Positions 12,991-27,788 of a stretch of 64,000 nucleotides of DNA are shown piece after piece (within the stretch, counting starts at the first letter, position 1; each line of letters begins with the position of its first letter). The stretch covers positions 63,922,001 through 63,986,000 of the forward strand of contig OX597820.1 of NCBI GenBank assembly GCA_951406725.2, given 5' to 3'. This DNA comes from Octopus vulgaris. Its lineage: Eukaryota. A program made the position numbers and the translations under genes. Below the pieces are notes generated by a model. That model was not told where the DNA came from. It saw only the letters and a list, made by a program, of their open reading frames with translations, and did not search any database.

Positions 12991-14290
12991 ACATAGATAC
13001 ATTGGCAGTCAGTATTAGGAGACTCGATCGGTTTCCACTATGGATAGCAAGGATTTTTCGAGCTACTAAACAACAATCTCCTAGAATATAAGTACAAATG
13101 ATTGAATGTTCACAAAGAGACGATCCATATTAGATTAACATCCGGGGAGAATCGTCTAAAAGACTAAATTCGTTGAATTACAGGCACATCCTATAAGCTT
13201 CTATACACTCCTTTAATGAACCCAATAAACAAAGTTCTGATCGACCTGCGAATACTATAAAAGACACATGTGCTAAATTTTCAAAAGCATGAAATTGGTC
13301 ATGTATAAGTTGTTGTAATCTTGTCAGATATGTGTATGATTGTAAGCATAGATATGTGCGTGAGAGTCTATGCACACGCCCACTCATTTAAACAACAGTT
13401 GACACTGTGTAATGCCGTTGTTCTTGTTTTGCTTTTTTTTTTTAAGTATTTATGTTCTTTATAATATTTAAGTACAAAGAAACAACAAAAAAGAGATGAA
13501 AAAGGAAAGGAAAAAATTTAGGTGGGTTGTAAAGCAGAAGGAGAGGGAGGGTGATGGGTTACATATCGTAGAACAATTAATGTACCTCTGAGAATATTAA
13601 CCGTGAGCGATACCATTAATCCTTTCGGGGTCGAAAAAATTAGTACGAGTTGAGCTTTGAGATAGATCTAATCAATTTATCTCTTCCAGAAATTGCTAGC
13701 TCTGTGCCAAATTTTGAAAACAATATTAACCGTCAACTCATTCCAGCAACAATTTATGACCCATGTCATTACATGAATGTATAACGTTTCGAGCATGGCT
13801 GTTTGTCAGAAAGACGAGAGACGAGAGGTTCCGAGGAGGAAAAAAATTCCAAGCATACACTCGCACACACACACATACATATGTATCGTCTTAAATTACG
13901 TTTATTCACTTTCGTATGTTCACTTTGTATTGCTTTGTATTCTCCGCAAAATTCGCGGGCACCGTCAGAAAGGGAAATTCTAAGTCTTATCATCGAAGAT
14001 GCGAAACTGAGTAAAACCATATGGTCGATAACTGATGAAGAATTAGGGACCGTCTGTGTCTGTCTCCTGTCCGGTTCTAGATTCAGTATACATTGTACGT
14101 TTGCTTACCAAGTCAGTGTATACTTATAATACATTTTAAAATTTTATTAAGTAACGGAACACAACGCACCAGGACTTTATTAACAGTAAGTTATATATGT
14201 GTGTGTATCATTTTAATCGAACGTGGTTGGAAGGCAAATTACCTGCCAAAGAGCCACTTCTAAGTCTATATATATATATATATATATATA

Positions 14291-14357
<67 letters not shown>

Positions 14358-14563
14358 ATATATATATATGTATGTATATATATACATGCATTATATCCAT
14401 GTATGTCACAACGGGCAAAATGCTTATGTAGTAATTCAAATGCAGTTAAGGTCGACTTTGACTTTTATCCTCCCTCGAGGGTGGCTAAAATAAACACCAG
14501 TTGAGTACTGGAGGTCGATGTGCCAAAATTTCAAACCAATATTAACATACATACATACATACA

Positions 14564-14597
<34 letters not shown>

Positions 14598-14606
14598 CAT
14601 ACATAC

Positions 14607-14655
<49 letters not shown>

Positions 14656-16077
14656 TATACGTACGTACGTACGCACATGCATACATACATACATACGTAC
14701 ATACGTACATACATACATGTATATACGCGAGTGTGTATGTGTGAGTGTGTGTATATGTATATGTATTTGTATATGTATACATAGACACACGTGAACATTT
14801 ATAGATATACGTACGTGTCAGAGGGGGTGTATATATGATTAAATATGACTATGTAAACATCCGTCTCTTTCTCTTTCTCTCTCTCTCTCTCTCTCTTTCC
14901 TCTCTCTCTCTTTCTTCCTCTCTCTCTCTCTCTCTCTCCCTCTCTGTGTGTATGTGTATGTGTATGTTTATGCTTGTGTATAAGCATGTGTGTCAGAATG
15001 TCTACACATTCACATCCGATGTTGAAGGTTAGAGTTAGCTATTTATTTAGATGTTTATTTAACACCATAACAACTCTCCTTCTGCCCCCCCCCTCTACCA
15101 CATACTTTAGTCATTTAACTTTATGCTTTTTCTCTATCATTCTCTCATTTCTCTCGCCTTTCCCTTCCTCTATTTATCTCTCATTCGCCGTCTCTTAGCT
15201 ACCAGTCTTGCATCTGTACGTTTCCGAGCCTGTGCGTGTGCGTGTGTGTGAGTAGTAAAAGCGTGTGTGTGTGCACAGGTGTATTAATGCGTGTATGTGT
15301 TTATCAATGCGTGTTTGTGTAAGCATTTCTATGTTCCTATTCATTGATGTGAATACGCCATTTTCCATTCTCTCACTTCCATCTCTCTCTCTCTCTCTTT
15401 CTCTGTTTCTGTCTCTGTCTCTGTCTGTCTGTCTGTCTCTCTCTCTCTTTCTTTGTGCCTATCTGTTTGTCTTTGTCTCTCTGCCCCCCCCCCCGTCTCT
15501 CTCTCAAACCGTCCGTCTTAAAATTTATAGCTGTGTATTTACATATTATGCCCGTCTTTAGGTTCTGAGTTGAAACTCCGCCGAGTTTGATTTTGCACAG
15601 GGTTCGGTAGAATAGACTTACTCCGTTCTCCGAAATTGTTCGCCTTGAACCAACGTTTTAAATCAATGTGTGTACATATTTATTGTAAGTCGAATGGTTT
15701 GTATGGCTTTCTGACGAATCATTCATTACGTTCCATGATTGATTCGACTACGCGTCAAGAAAATCCACGGCCTTTCGAACAGTAATTCTAATTCAAACAA
15801 TGATCTTTATTACGCAATCTTTCACAGACATTCCACCGACCTGTTAGGTCCGAGGTATGAGTTCGAGGTATACTGAGCCACAATACTTTACGGAGTTAGT
15901 CATAACGTTGAGTGAATAGCATAAAGATACATTCAGGAAACCTTTGCAAGAAACTCCATAAGTACCTCCTATTTATTAAATTTCACTACACAAACACACC
16001 CAACTGTATACTAACCTCCCATACACACAAGTGTGTATATAATCATGAATACAGAACGAATCGTATTTATGTATGTA

Positions 16078-16273
16078 TCATCATCATCATCGTTTAACGT
16101 ACGCTTTCCGTGTTGGTATGGGTTGGATGATTTGACTGAGGATTGGCGGCACCAGGCTCCAATCTGATCTGGCAGAGTTTCTACAGCTGGATACCCTTCC
16201 TAAAGCCACCCACCCTGATAGTGTAGTGGGTGCTTTTACGTGCCACCGGCACGAGGGCCAGTCAAGCAGTACT
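16078..16273 (-). mobile_element. 3' part of a SINE/LINE with (GAT)n tail
   Basis: Minus strand reads AGGAAGGGTATCCAGCTGTAGAAA...GTACGTTAAACGATGATGATG, a typical invertebrate SINE body plus RTE-like tail. Confidence 0.6.
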
Positions 16274-16456
16274 ACACACACACAATATACAATACATTAT
16301 ATAAATATGTAATAAACAATGTATTTCTCGAAATTCTTCAAAATGATATTTATGTCTACTAATCATACGTGAGGAATTACCTTGGTGGTTAAACAGAAAA
16401 GTGTTATACAATGACAGTTAAAAAAATTTCTCATATTTACTCATGCTTTCCTAATA

Positions 16457-16620
16457 CGACGGGCTTTTTCAACTTGCTTCTAACAATTCCATTCACAAAG
16501 CTTTGGTTGGCCCGAGGCTATAGGAGAAGACACTTGCTCAAGACGCCAGGTAGTGGGACTGAAGCCGGGACCAGATGGTTGGGAAGCAAGCTTGTGACCA
16601 CACATCTACGCTTGCGCCTA
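16457..16620 (-). mobile_element. Family A SINE 5' half
   Basis: GGCCCGAGGCTATAGGAGAAGACACTTGCTCAAG..GGGACTGAA matches the other copies. Confidence 0.75.
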
Positions 16621-16647
16621 CATATACATATACATACATACATACAT

Positions 16648-16776
<129 letters not shown>

Positions 16777-17305
16777 CACACACATACGCATACATATACC
16801 GGTATATATGTACCTGAAATGTCACATTCAAATATTTGACTGCTGCACACGCTGTCTTCATTCGGTCGTCTGTAGTGTGTAAATATTTCAAGGTGTAGAT
16901 TATGAAGTAGTTTCGGTAAATGTGGTTTTAATTGATTTACGCTACTGTATGTAAAAGCATATGTGACTGAATGGATACAGATGATAATTGCTGAAGCCTT
17001 ATATACCAGCATACTGATGTCATATAGCGAATGTTTATTTGACTTCCAATATATATATATATAGGCATGTGTGTGTGTGTGTGTGTTAGTGTATATATAC
17101 ATACATACATATATATATACTGTGATACAGCATGGATGTCGCAGCAGATATTATCATTATCACATGGGTTTGTGAGTAGTTCTCAAACATTAGACCAGTG
17201 AACCTAGACTTCACTTACAATAAGCATACCTTGTGTCCTGACCAAAGCTAATTATATGATTTACAGTAGTGTATATATCTTAGTATGTGCGTCTGTGTAT
17301 GTATG

Positions 17306-17398
<93 letters not shown>

Positions 17399-17421
17399 AC
17401 AATGATAAATCTCAGCAACAC

Positions 17422-17458
<37 letters not shown>

Positions 17459-17489
17459 TATACATATATATGGATGTTTGTGTATATGC

Positions 17490-17737
17490 TTGTGTGCGTG
17501 TGCATGTGTGATTTATTATCCCCCACCACCTCCTGACGAACTTTGTTGTCCTGTTTCCGCCTCCGTAACCTAACGGTTCGGCCTTAGGAATGCAGGTAAC
17601 TAGTCCTAGATCGAAACAAAAACAAAAAAAAATACAGAATAAGTACTGTGGTCGAGTCGTCACGACCAAAATTCTTTCTGACCGTGCCCCTAGTGTGGCC
17701 ACATTTTAATGACTGAAGCCAGTGAAAGAATAAGAGA
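17490..17737 (+). mobile_element. Family A SINE 3' half
   Basis: CCGTAACCTAACGGTTCGG...GTGGCCAC..AATGACTGAAGCCAGTGAAAGA. Confidence 0.6.
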
Positions 17738-17803
17738 ATACTTGAAAAATGTATGTATGTATGTATGTATGTATGTATGTATGTATGTATGTATGTATGT
17801 ATG

Positions 17804-17844
<41 letters not shown>

Positions 17845-17854
17845 GTCTATCTAT

Positions 17855-17937
<83 letters not shown>

Positions 17938-18850
17938 CCAGGTTGGATTTCAACACCATCTTCACTCTTTATTTGATACATCTCGCTAACCTCGACTTTC
18001 ATTTCTCTGTGTAGAATATTATGCAGCAACAAAATCCCTAAATATCTATACCCACTACCGTTGGGTTCACGCACGGGTTCTCTCCTGATGGTAACCGCAG
18101 TCCTCTGCAGGATGCTTTCTTCCCTTATTTCATATGAAGTACTGAGCATTTGGTAATCCCTAATTGTATACCGATGTCCCTACCACACTTCTGGACTCTT
18201 TTGGTTAAGGAGTCTATCTGTCTTTCAGGTTTCCCAAACAATTTCAGAACATCCATAAACAGAAGATGGTTCAATGATTGGTCATTCTTCCAACATGGGT
18301 AAACCATCTTAACCCTCCCAAGTGTCATTCTTATGTGTTTTAGTGCAATTAGAAATAGTAACGGAGAAAACGAGTCACCTTAGAAGATGCTCCTTTTAAT
18401 ATTAACTTCTCCAAGGAATACATTACTTGAGTAAAATTTGGTTTTCCACTCTTTCATGCTATGCATCAGAAAATTTGTGATCTCAGCAACCCCAAACATC
18501 TGCAAGCTTTGAACGATCCAATAATGAGGCATCATATCATATGCCTTCTGAAAGTCAAACCAAGCTATATACATGTTTGTAGAAGAGCAGCTGATCCTTG
18601 GTAAGAACTCTTCCTACATCATTTTTGTTCCCGAGGTAGTATTTCTTCCTGTGCCAGGAAAGTGTATGTCTTTGCCACACATATTCATATGAGTATCGTT
18701 CAGATTATTATTAGGCATACTATGGGACGGTAGTTTCCCCACAATATTCCCCTTTCTTCTATCTTTCATTATAAGTGTTGTCCTCCGTGTCACCATCCAC
18801 GCGGAACTGTGCATTTATCGACACACTCATTCAATTTGTTTGCTAGCCTT
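17938..18850 (-). pseudogene. R4/Dong-clade non-LTR retrotransposon RT remnant (copy B)
   Basis: Frameshifted motifs WMVT.RTTLIMKD, AWFDFQKAYD..PH.WI, IKRSIF*GDSFSPLLF, HLLFMDVLKLF, G..LGITKC, YRYLGIL. Confidence 0.85.
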
Positions 18851-21100
18851 TCATTTATTCCCAGGTATTTGTAAGTTTGTTCCTGCTCGAGTTCTTTCAT
18901 GACTGTGTCAACAACAGATACCACTGAATGTGAGGTCTTCAATTTCTCTATCTGGAAAGTGGCCTTGGCATATTTATCAAGACCAAATTCATCACTAAAT
19001 GCTTTCACAGAACTTATTAGCCCTTCAATCGCATTATCGTCTTTGCCATAGAGTTTCAAGTCATCCATATAAAATAGACGAATTATTTTATTGTAGTCAA
19101 TATTATATCCATACCCTGTTCTGTTCAGTTCACTTGTAAGGGATATTGTGGCTATGCAACAAACTAAAGGTGAATGTGAGACACCTTGGAAAGTGCAGCA
19201 GTTGATATTAATAACCTTTGTGATCAGTACTCCATTAGGGAGGTACATTTGGAGATTCATATTCCACACGGACTTATTGTGTTTCAGGAAGTTTTAAACC
19301 ACAGGAGAAATTCTGAAGATATCCAGTGATTTCAAGATCCATAAATGTGGTATGCTGTCAAACGCCTTTTCATAATCCATGCAGAACTGAGATTTCTGCG
19401 TTTGTTATGACAGCTCATCAAGGACCATGCGACTGATTAAGAATGGGTCTTTGCATTCATATGAGCCTTCATAGTAACTTTTTTGTTCAGTGGGGGAAAA
19501 TATCGTTTTGTTCTATAAATTTGTGTGTTTACTCCACGAGGTTGGATATTAAATTTTATACGTGGTAGATAGACATGTTATGGGCCGATAGTTTTGGGGA
19601 AATTTGGTTTCATTATTCTTCGGGTGTAGATAAGTAATACCTCTAGCTAACTAATCGTATTTTCGTAGGATCTCTCATAATTTCATTGAATAACTGAACT
19701 AGTTTATCGTGTGCGCACGGGAGCGATGCGAGCAAGAGATTTTATCATTATCGGGGGATTTCAACTCTATGAGCCTTCATGAGAGTCATCCTTAGCTCTG
19801 CTATTGTGATGTCTTTCCATACTTATTCTGGTAAGTTTTGGTAAGATCCTTCAGTGCGTTTAATCCAGTCTGCATTATCACTGCAGATATTTTCCAAAGG
19901 TTTTCAGTTTCAATGGGAGTGGCGTCTTCAACTTTTTTCTCTTTCCCTATATCTTTGTAGAATTTTTTTCGTATTGGATGTGAACAGCTTATTATGCTTG
20001 TAAAACTTCCCTTCTGAAATTTTCGCATTCATTGAGTTTTTGCTTTGGACTTTTTGTGGCAGTTCTTCTCTTGGTGAGAATATGTTTTCTCTTCCTCTTT
20101 CTTCCTCTTCGGAATTTTACTTCGTTTTCACAGATTAGTTAGTTCAATATTGATATTTCGTCTCTTATTATTTCAATCTCCTTTCCAATTTTACTTTTCT
20201 AGTTTGGAATTATTCTCAGGTTTGCATTTGTTTGTTTTTCCGGAGGCATACAACCGGTTTCAATTGTCTTATCAGCTGCGTAAGTAATTTCGTCTAATTC
20301 AGTGAGATCTAGTTTTAGTTCTTGTATAATTTCTTTTGTTACATAGTTTCTAATTTTAATTTCTTTTCTATTTTGGATTGTATTTGAGAGTTTATGCAGT
20401 GCTTCTCTATCATGCATATTAGCTTGTCTTACAACAGCAAACGTATATAAGATTGTCTGCTTCATTTCTCTCATAGACTCTATGTTCTTCAGTAAATATA
20501 TAGTATTCAAATATTGTTTCTTTAACACATTCCTTGCTATCTTTATCAGGTTCATTACAACTTATTTCTTCGGACGTTTGCGTGTTCTGGTCAGATGCGA
20601 TTCGTGGGGAGTCGTTCTCTTCGTCTGGTTCTCCATTTCCTTTTCGTCTTATATCTAGGTCATTTTCCGTTACGTGATTGATCGCGGTTATTTCACTATC
20701 CTTCCTAATATTTGCTAACACGCTTTCGTCCAAATATAATCTGCTGTTTTGATTTTGTGTTCTTTATACTGCATAAGATTATGCGGTGAGTTTCTTTTGC
20801 GATGGCCCGCCTAATGCATTCCAATATGCGTATATTACCTCTCTATACTCTTCTCGGGTCCATTTGATTCTCTTCCCTTTTCTTTCTGTTGTGGGTGTAA
20901 TGGCCGACATGGAGGGCTCGGGTTGGGGCAGCTCCCGTTCAAATGACTATCTAGGTTCTTATTTAGAGGAGAGCTTGTGCTAGTGGATAACTTTTCGACC
21001 GCAGGCTGGGTTTTCTCCAGGGGGATGCACTACCAGATTAACCACAAGACAAGTGAATGTTCCGAAGTTACTGTTGGAGAGGCGTCTTACACACTATATC
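18851..21100 (-). pseudogene. R4/Dong-clade non-LTR retrotransposon, N-terminus through RT (copy A)
   Basis: N-terminal RIKWTREEYREVIYAYW..LANIRK, then YRPITCL, DYEKAFDSIPH, FQGVSHSPL, LFYMDDLKLY, FGLDK, YKYLGINE; many stops and frameshifts; 5' boundary approximate. Confidence 0.88.
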
Positions 21101-21369
21101 CATCGCGTGCAGCATGCTGGTCATAATACCAGCAATAATGACAAAGCTTACTTTAAGAAAATGATTACCTTCTACAAGTAATGATATTTTATGGTATTAT
21201 GAGTGAGTAGTTTTCCTGTTTCGCATTCCTTGCCTTGCACAAACATCCTTGACACAATCTAGGATCAGTTTCCCGTCCCCTAAACTCTTTCGTGCAGTTA
21301 AATAATAAAGAAAGATATAAATTGCAAGAGGTATTTCTACTTATATAAAAAGCGTGGAGTGCCAGCGAA

Positions 21370-22160
21370 ACTATCTAGCATAATGGTGCATCAGTTTGTT
21401 TTCTTCTTGACGGTTAATCGTCACGGTGACAAATTTCCAACGAGTTTGTCTCACACTGGCGATGAATGACATATGGAACATCAGTTGTTTTTTGTCATCA
21501 TTCATGATGTAGCTGACGTAGTAAGACACAATAAACATCTGCTTTCTTTTCGGTCTTCCAGATATTTCTGCAAGATAGCAATTCACCCCTTGATACAAAG
21601 GTGATATCTGTTGATAAAAAGGGAGCATTATTCCTTCGTTTCATTGCTTTCATTTCTTGCAGATGAAGCTGTAGGGTATTTACTTATAAACAGCTTTAGC
21701 GTTGAATCTAATATCAGTAGGCGATACGCCAAAACCAGCCATCACGTTAAAGTGTATAAATTTCAATGTATTGCTTTCAAAAGCGTTTTTCATCATTCTG
21801 TTATTGCTGAATGTGACATAACTTGAAGCTTATCTTCAGCTCGTTCCACACGATATGAGGCAACATTCATTAAAATAGATATTCTCACAGTTGATACTGA
21901 AAAGCATTCAATGACATATTTTATCAGGCTTTGATTCATCGACAGAAGATATTGCTCAAACGCTTGGTAGGCAAAACATTCCTCAGATATTATAAATAGT
22001 GAATCATCCTTCATTATTTAAGCCCAAACATTTATTGAGATGTAAGAGATTACTTAGATCACTCTTACTGTACGCAATATGTCATTCAAAGTGAAATATT
22101 AAAAACTGATATGTTGCATTATTATACATTATCTACCCTTGTAATCATTTGTGCAACACT
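21370..22160 (-). pseudogene. Highly decayed hAT (Buster/ZBED5-like) transposase remnant
   Basis: ASYRV..AE..SH motif and YVSYI...LMF segment; CAGTGTTGCACAA resembles a Charlie-type TIR. Weak. Confidence 0.4.
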
Positions 22161-22414
22161 GCGAAAAATGCACATTACCATGAATTTTTGATCAAAATTT
22201 AGACTTCAAAATCGAGGAGTTTATTATCAATGACTTTAACATTGTGTGAGTGGTGGGATGTGTCGATCGCCAAAGGGCAGCCCCTCTATACAGTTATGTT
22301 TACTGTAGTCGAAGCAATGACAGGTTCAAGAAAAGAGAATAGCAATTTCGCTTTACAAGACGTGGCTGCCAAAACGTACGCTACACCACTGAGGTTTATA
22401 TATCGCTATAATTT

Positions 22415-23015
22415 TGTGGTGACAGAATCGGTAGAGCATAATTATTTAGCGATATATTTTTCGCCTCTTAACTTTCTGTGCTCAAATTCCACTGAAGTTC
22501 ACTGCGAGCTGCCATCCATTTGAGACGGATAATATTAAGCACCAGTCAAGAGGTGGGTCGACATAATCGACCAAGCCACTACTTTCAAAACTTAAGGCTG
22601 TGTGAGTGCTTTACAAACATCTATTATTATTATTCAACTTGCGATGAAAGTAAACAAAGTTTGCTTTAGAAGCGTTGAGATGTATTGAAAGATACAGAAA
22701 TAATTTATTCTGAAACGCAAGATAATGCTATTACAATAGCATGTACAGGATTAACTATCCATATATTGCAGAAAATTTCGTTAGCAGCTAGCCATGAGAT
22801 TATTTTTAATACTACTGAAGGCATTGAACTGACAAAATGCTCAGCACACCGAATAAAATACTTAGCGGAATTTCATCCGTCCTTACGTTCTGAGTTCAAA
22901 TGCCGCCTTTGTCTTTTGTCCTTTTGGCGTCGATAAGATAAGTACCGGTTGATCACATTTCTATGTAATCGAAAGATCTTCTCTCAAAATTGCAGGCATG
23001 TGCCTATAATAGAAA
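22415..23015 (+). mobile_element. Two decayed family B SINEs (about 22415-22625 and 22822-23015)
   Basis: CTGAGTTCAAAT, GTCGATAAGATAAGTACC and AAATTGCAGGC..GTGCC motifs. Confidence 0.6.
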
Positions 23016-23476
23016 TGATACTGATGTTGTTGCTACTGTTGCTACTGTTGTTGGTTGGTGGTGGTGGAGTAGGCATTGTTTACTAGTAGTTTCCTGAAGA
23101 ATTATTTCTAGATGCATTGAGTTTTTACCAAACTTACCTCCACATAGAACATTTCTAAAGTTTGAGGTGAAGAGAACGAGAGTTTTATATATACCCAAGT
23201 AGAGAAAATGCGCGTACATTTAATTTATGTTAAGCTTCCGGTATGTTTTTATGATTCGGTTCCTATATATTACTTCATTCTTGGCGCAATATATATGTAT
23301 TTGTGCATGTGATAGTGTGTGGATGTATGTTCGTATATGCACTGAAACGTACGTTTGGAGAAAACGACCACTTTTTATACAGTCTTGTCGCTGGAGTGAT
23401 TTAAACATGAATTAGACAAACACGAACAGATATAATAGTTCACACACACACACATAGATGTATGCATAGGTGTGTA

Positions 23477-23511
<35 letters not shown>

Positions 23512-23747
23512 GTTTAATTATTTGTTGTGCAAGATTTTTTATGTGAAGTCGTGTGTTGAAACAAAGGACCACTGATGCGGTCACAGGAATGTGACGAAAG
23601 AACTCTGGCCGAAATAAGATTAAGATTAATGTAAAAAATAAATAACACTGAAGCAAAATAACACCAAATATATAGTCCGTGTGTTTTTATTGGCTAAACT
23701 GGCAATATGACCATTCCGAAATATAACAATATATATATATATATAAG

Positions 23748-24010
23748 ATGGAGTTGAACACGACGTATGAGCCTTTAGTTTTTGTCGAACGACCTGACAC
23801 AAGTGGTTTGTTTATAGTGATGACATATATGTGCCGTACATTAACTCACTCATTCCATCAAAGTGACGTTGCCGGAACAGGTGTACGGTGTACCATTCAT
23901 CAGAAATCAAAGTGATCGAATGGCAATGTTAGATGAAAGTCTAGGAATTGAAACCGCAATCTCGCGATCGTAAGTGCATCATCCTAACCGCAGTGTCATG
24001 CGTCCTCACT
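23748..24010 (-). mobile_element. tRNA-headed SINE
   Basis: Minus strand GTGAGGACGCATGACACTGCGGTTAGG..GCGGTTTCAATTCCTAGAC resembles the heads at 63596 and 63837. Confidence 0.6.
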
Positions 24011-24011
24011 A

Positions 24012-24095
<84 letters not shown>

Positions 24096-24290
24096 TGTGT
24101 GTATGTGTGTATGAATTTATTTCTATATAAAAATGTATATATGTACATATATATACACATATATACATATATGTAGCTTCTAAGTGAAAGGAAAGGCAGC
24201 AGGTCCTTTGTCTATCTCCTTCAAGGAGATTTCAGGCAAAATTATACTAATGTGCCCATCTATTTTAATTTAATTATATTCTGTGTCTTT

Positions 24291-24378
24291 GTGCAGCTAA
24301 GGATGTCTCAGCATTTAAATTGATATAATTTATTGCATTGTTCAATTATATGGCGTTGCGTGAATCGATCGTACTGCA
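24291..24378 (+). ncRNA. Degenerate hammerhead-like motif in a Penelope-type remnant
   Basis: TGCAG-CTAAGGA-TG...-GAAT-CGATCG-TA-CTGCA: stem I intact, two core mutations. Confidence 0.45.
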
Positions 24379-24558
24379 TTACCTCTGGATGTCCTTGTTG
24401 CTTATTTTGATTCTAATCACCTTATTTTGAAATTGCATGGATAATACCGTATTAAATTCTGGTGCCTCAACTTAAGTACCATATTCATCAGAATCTAAAT
24501 TTTTGTTGAACTTATATGTGTATATATATACATATATATACCTATATGTATATGTGTA

Positions 24559-24629
<71 letters not shown>

Positions 24630-24639
24630 GTATGTATAT

Positions 24640-25029
<390 letters not shown>

Positions 25030-25074
25030 ATAATGATAATATAATTGTATCTTATTTTGGCATGCTCGGAGAGC

Positions 25075-25790
25075 GATGATTGTGGCTGACAGGCGGAAAC
25101 TTTAAAGGAAAAATCGAATATCAAGATCAAACCATCAGGACGGATTAGTTGACGGCAAATATTGATTAGACTAAGTCATGGAGCAAATTCAGAACTTGTA
25201 TGGAGGGAAATGAAGAATTAACAATATCTTGAGTGATTGCAGTAAAATAGCGCACAGAGAGTATAAATGCAGGCCTAACAAGATAGGTTAAACCGTTAAA
25301 TAATATATTGGGATTTTAACCGAGTGTATGGGTTCATACTAACGGGAAATTAATAAGAACACGAACTAGATGCTGTAATAAAGAATACGAATTACATAAC
25401 GACTGACCTTTATTCTAAAGCACTAGAACCGGATATGATTAGAGAGGACAAAATAAATAAACAGCGTAAAATCATACACTTGTCAATGCCATTTGATATT
25501 AGAGTGGCTAGCAAATGAATTGAAATAATTGAGAAATATCAGCCAAAAAGTTGAAGAAATCGTGGAGGACCAAGATGACAATTATCCCGATGATAATTGG
25601 TAACCTCGCACAACACCCAAACTGTAACCTAAAATGCTGAAAGATGGTGGAATCGAGACATCCATCGTCAACCTGCAAACAATCGCAATATTTTGGTCTG
25701 TAAGAATCCTAAGAAAGATGATTAAGATTTGAGGAGACTTGTTGTCTATAAACTTTATGATAACCCTGCTACCAAATATAGTTAGTAATG
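25075..25790 (+). pseudogene. R4-type C-terminal zinc-knuckle/restriction-like endonuclease remnant
   Basis: Decayed WL..G, QDQTIRT, TD....PD, MPFDIRVASK*IEIIEKY, LQTIAI...RILRK. Confidence 0.65.
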
Positions 25791-25881
25791 TTATGATGAT
25801 GAGAATAATAGCAATAATGCCTATAGATTTATGTATGTATGTATGTATGTATGTATGTATGTATGTATGTATGTATGTATG

Positions 25882-25929
<48 letters not shown>

Positions 25930-26036
25930 ATACATGCACATATATAATCAGGAGAGAAGTATGCCCATTAATCCGCATTTTTCTCTTTATATCTCACAAT
26001 GAGAGTGGAGAGGAAAGAAAGGTAGTGAGATAAGCA

Positions 26037-26078
<42 letters not shown>

Positions 26079-26253
26079 AAGAGAGAGCGAATGAGAAGGA
26101 GAGAGTAGAAGGAAGAGAGATATAGACGGCGGAATATATGAAAACACGGTGAGTTTTGCGTACACGTGGACAAACAACAATAACATAGAGAGAAATACAG
26201 AGATTAAATTATTGCCGATTTCAACAAACAAGAAAAACATTGGCGCCAAATTC

Positions 26254-26353
26254 NNNNNNNNNNNNNNNNNNNNNNNNNNNNNNNNNNNNNNNNNNNNNNN
26301 NNNNNNNNNNNNNNNNNNNNNNNNNNNNNNNNNNNNNNNNNNNNNNNNNNNNN
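26254..26353. other. Assembly gap (100 N) with TTGGCGCCAAATTC duplicated on both sides
   Basis: Directly visible. Confidence 0.98.
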
Positions 26354-27074
26354 TTGGCGCCAAATTCTTCTTTGGCCATTCAATTTATCCCTGTTCCACG
26401 GCCAACATAGTCTCGTTACATCAGCTACTTACGCGCATGACGCACAAAGAAATATACAGATCCAACGCAAATATACACGCAATGAGATATGTAATATCAA
26501 ATACAGTGTTATATATGTGAGGAGATGCAGTTTCCAAATACACACACTCCAAAATACGTAAATATGAACGCATACAAGAATAAGTGATAGACGTATGTAG
26601 ATATATTTACTGTCGCTCCACAATACGTGTTGATTGATACGCAAGTATCCTTATGTAGGTATGAGTGTATACGTGTGTATGCATGAGTGTGTTGTGTGCG
26701 TATATATTTATATGCATGTATATACTGTACAAATTCCCATACATACTTAGATTCATACATGCAATCATATATATATATATATATATATATACAATATGTT
26801 ACATTACTCGGTAGTCAAGATAAAACTCTGAGTTTCAGATGCCGAAGTGGAAATCCACAACACCATCTCTTCGGTTATCTGGCTATTTGAAAACGTTATG
26901 AAAAAATACCGTTAAAAATGAAGGGAAATTACTCTGTTATAACTCTGCTTTGCCTGCGTACTTATACATCGCTCGCATTTTTCGTCATAAAAATTATATA
27001 AAAATACATAAAAATATATAAAAATATATAAAAATATATAAAATCTTCTTGGGACATAACACAGAAAGCATGTT

Positions 27075-27788
27075 CTATCCGTTTTCTTTAGGGGACCAAA
27101 AACGTAACAGAAATTTAGTCACATGTGGGCATGATCCGAAAAGTTCTGTCCTTGTATTTAGACATGTGGTAGGGTCTAAGCTGCTTTTCCAGATAAGCCA
27201 TCTCTCCATGTCGCATAAACCGCACCTTCCGCTGCCGTTAGTATAGGGCTTACATCTGGCCAAAATCTTCCATTGTATGTTATAATCGACACCTTTATCT
27301 CTTAAAGACCAAATATGATTGGATAATTGTGTCGCTTTTCTTTGTTCCAGTGCCTAAAGCTCCAAGTGTGGTTATTGAACCTGGCCTTGAAATTACCCTC
27401 TGCCAGGCCCACGTATTTCTTCGTCAAAACGGTGTCTTTAGTGGTTATAGAGTTTACGGTAGCTTCATATATGATGGTCTTGGACATGCAAGCTCCATTT
27501 AGCGGGCACAATTCTTTATTCCTGCATGAACAGCTGTTTTCTTCTTGTGTTTTTTGTATGTTATGATTGATTATGTTTTTAAAAATTGGTAGTTGAACTA
27601 AAACTAATTTTTAAATTGTGTCTATTGAAGAGTTTCCTATAAGCATGGTTAACTGGAAAATGTCTATCTATCAGTGCTAGGAAATATTTACCTATATTGA
27701 AGGCCACCTCGGGTGAGTAAGGGGGCGTAAAGCAGATGACCTTTTTATTTCTATTATTCCTTTTCCTTATTGTTGGGCTGGTAAACAT
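27075..27788 (-). pseudogene. Frameshifted copy of the Penelope GIY-YIG region
   Basis: Three consecutive ORFs (27579-27788, 27302-27511, 27075-27263) reproduce the plus-strand protein with one +1 and one -1 indel. Confidence 0.9.

Noticed and set aside
26240-26367. 14-bp direct repeat as a target-site duplication
   Set aside because: It flanks the N gap exactly and is most simply an unmerged contig overlap.
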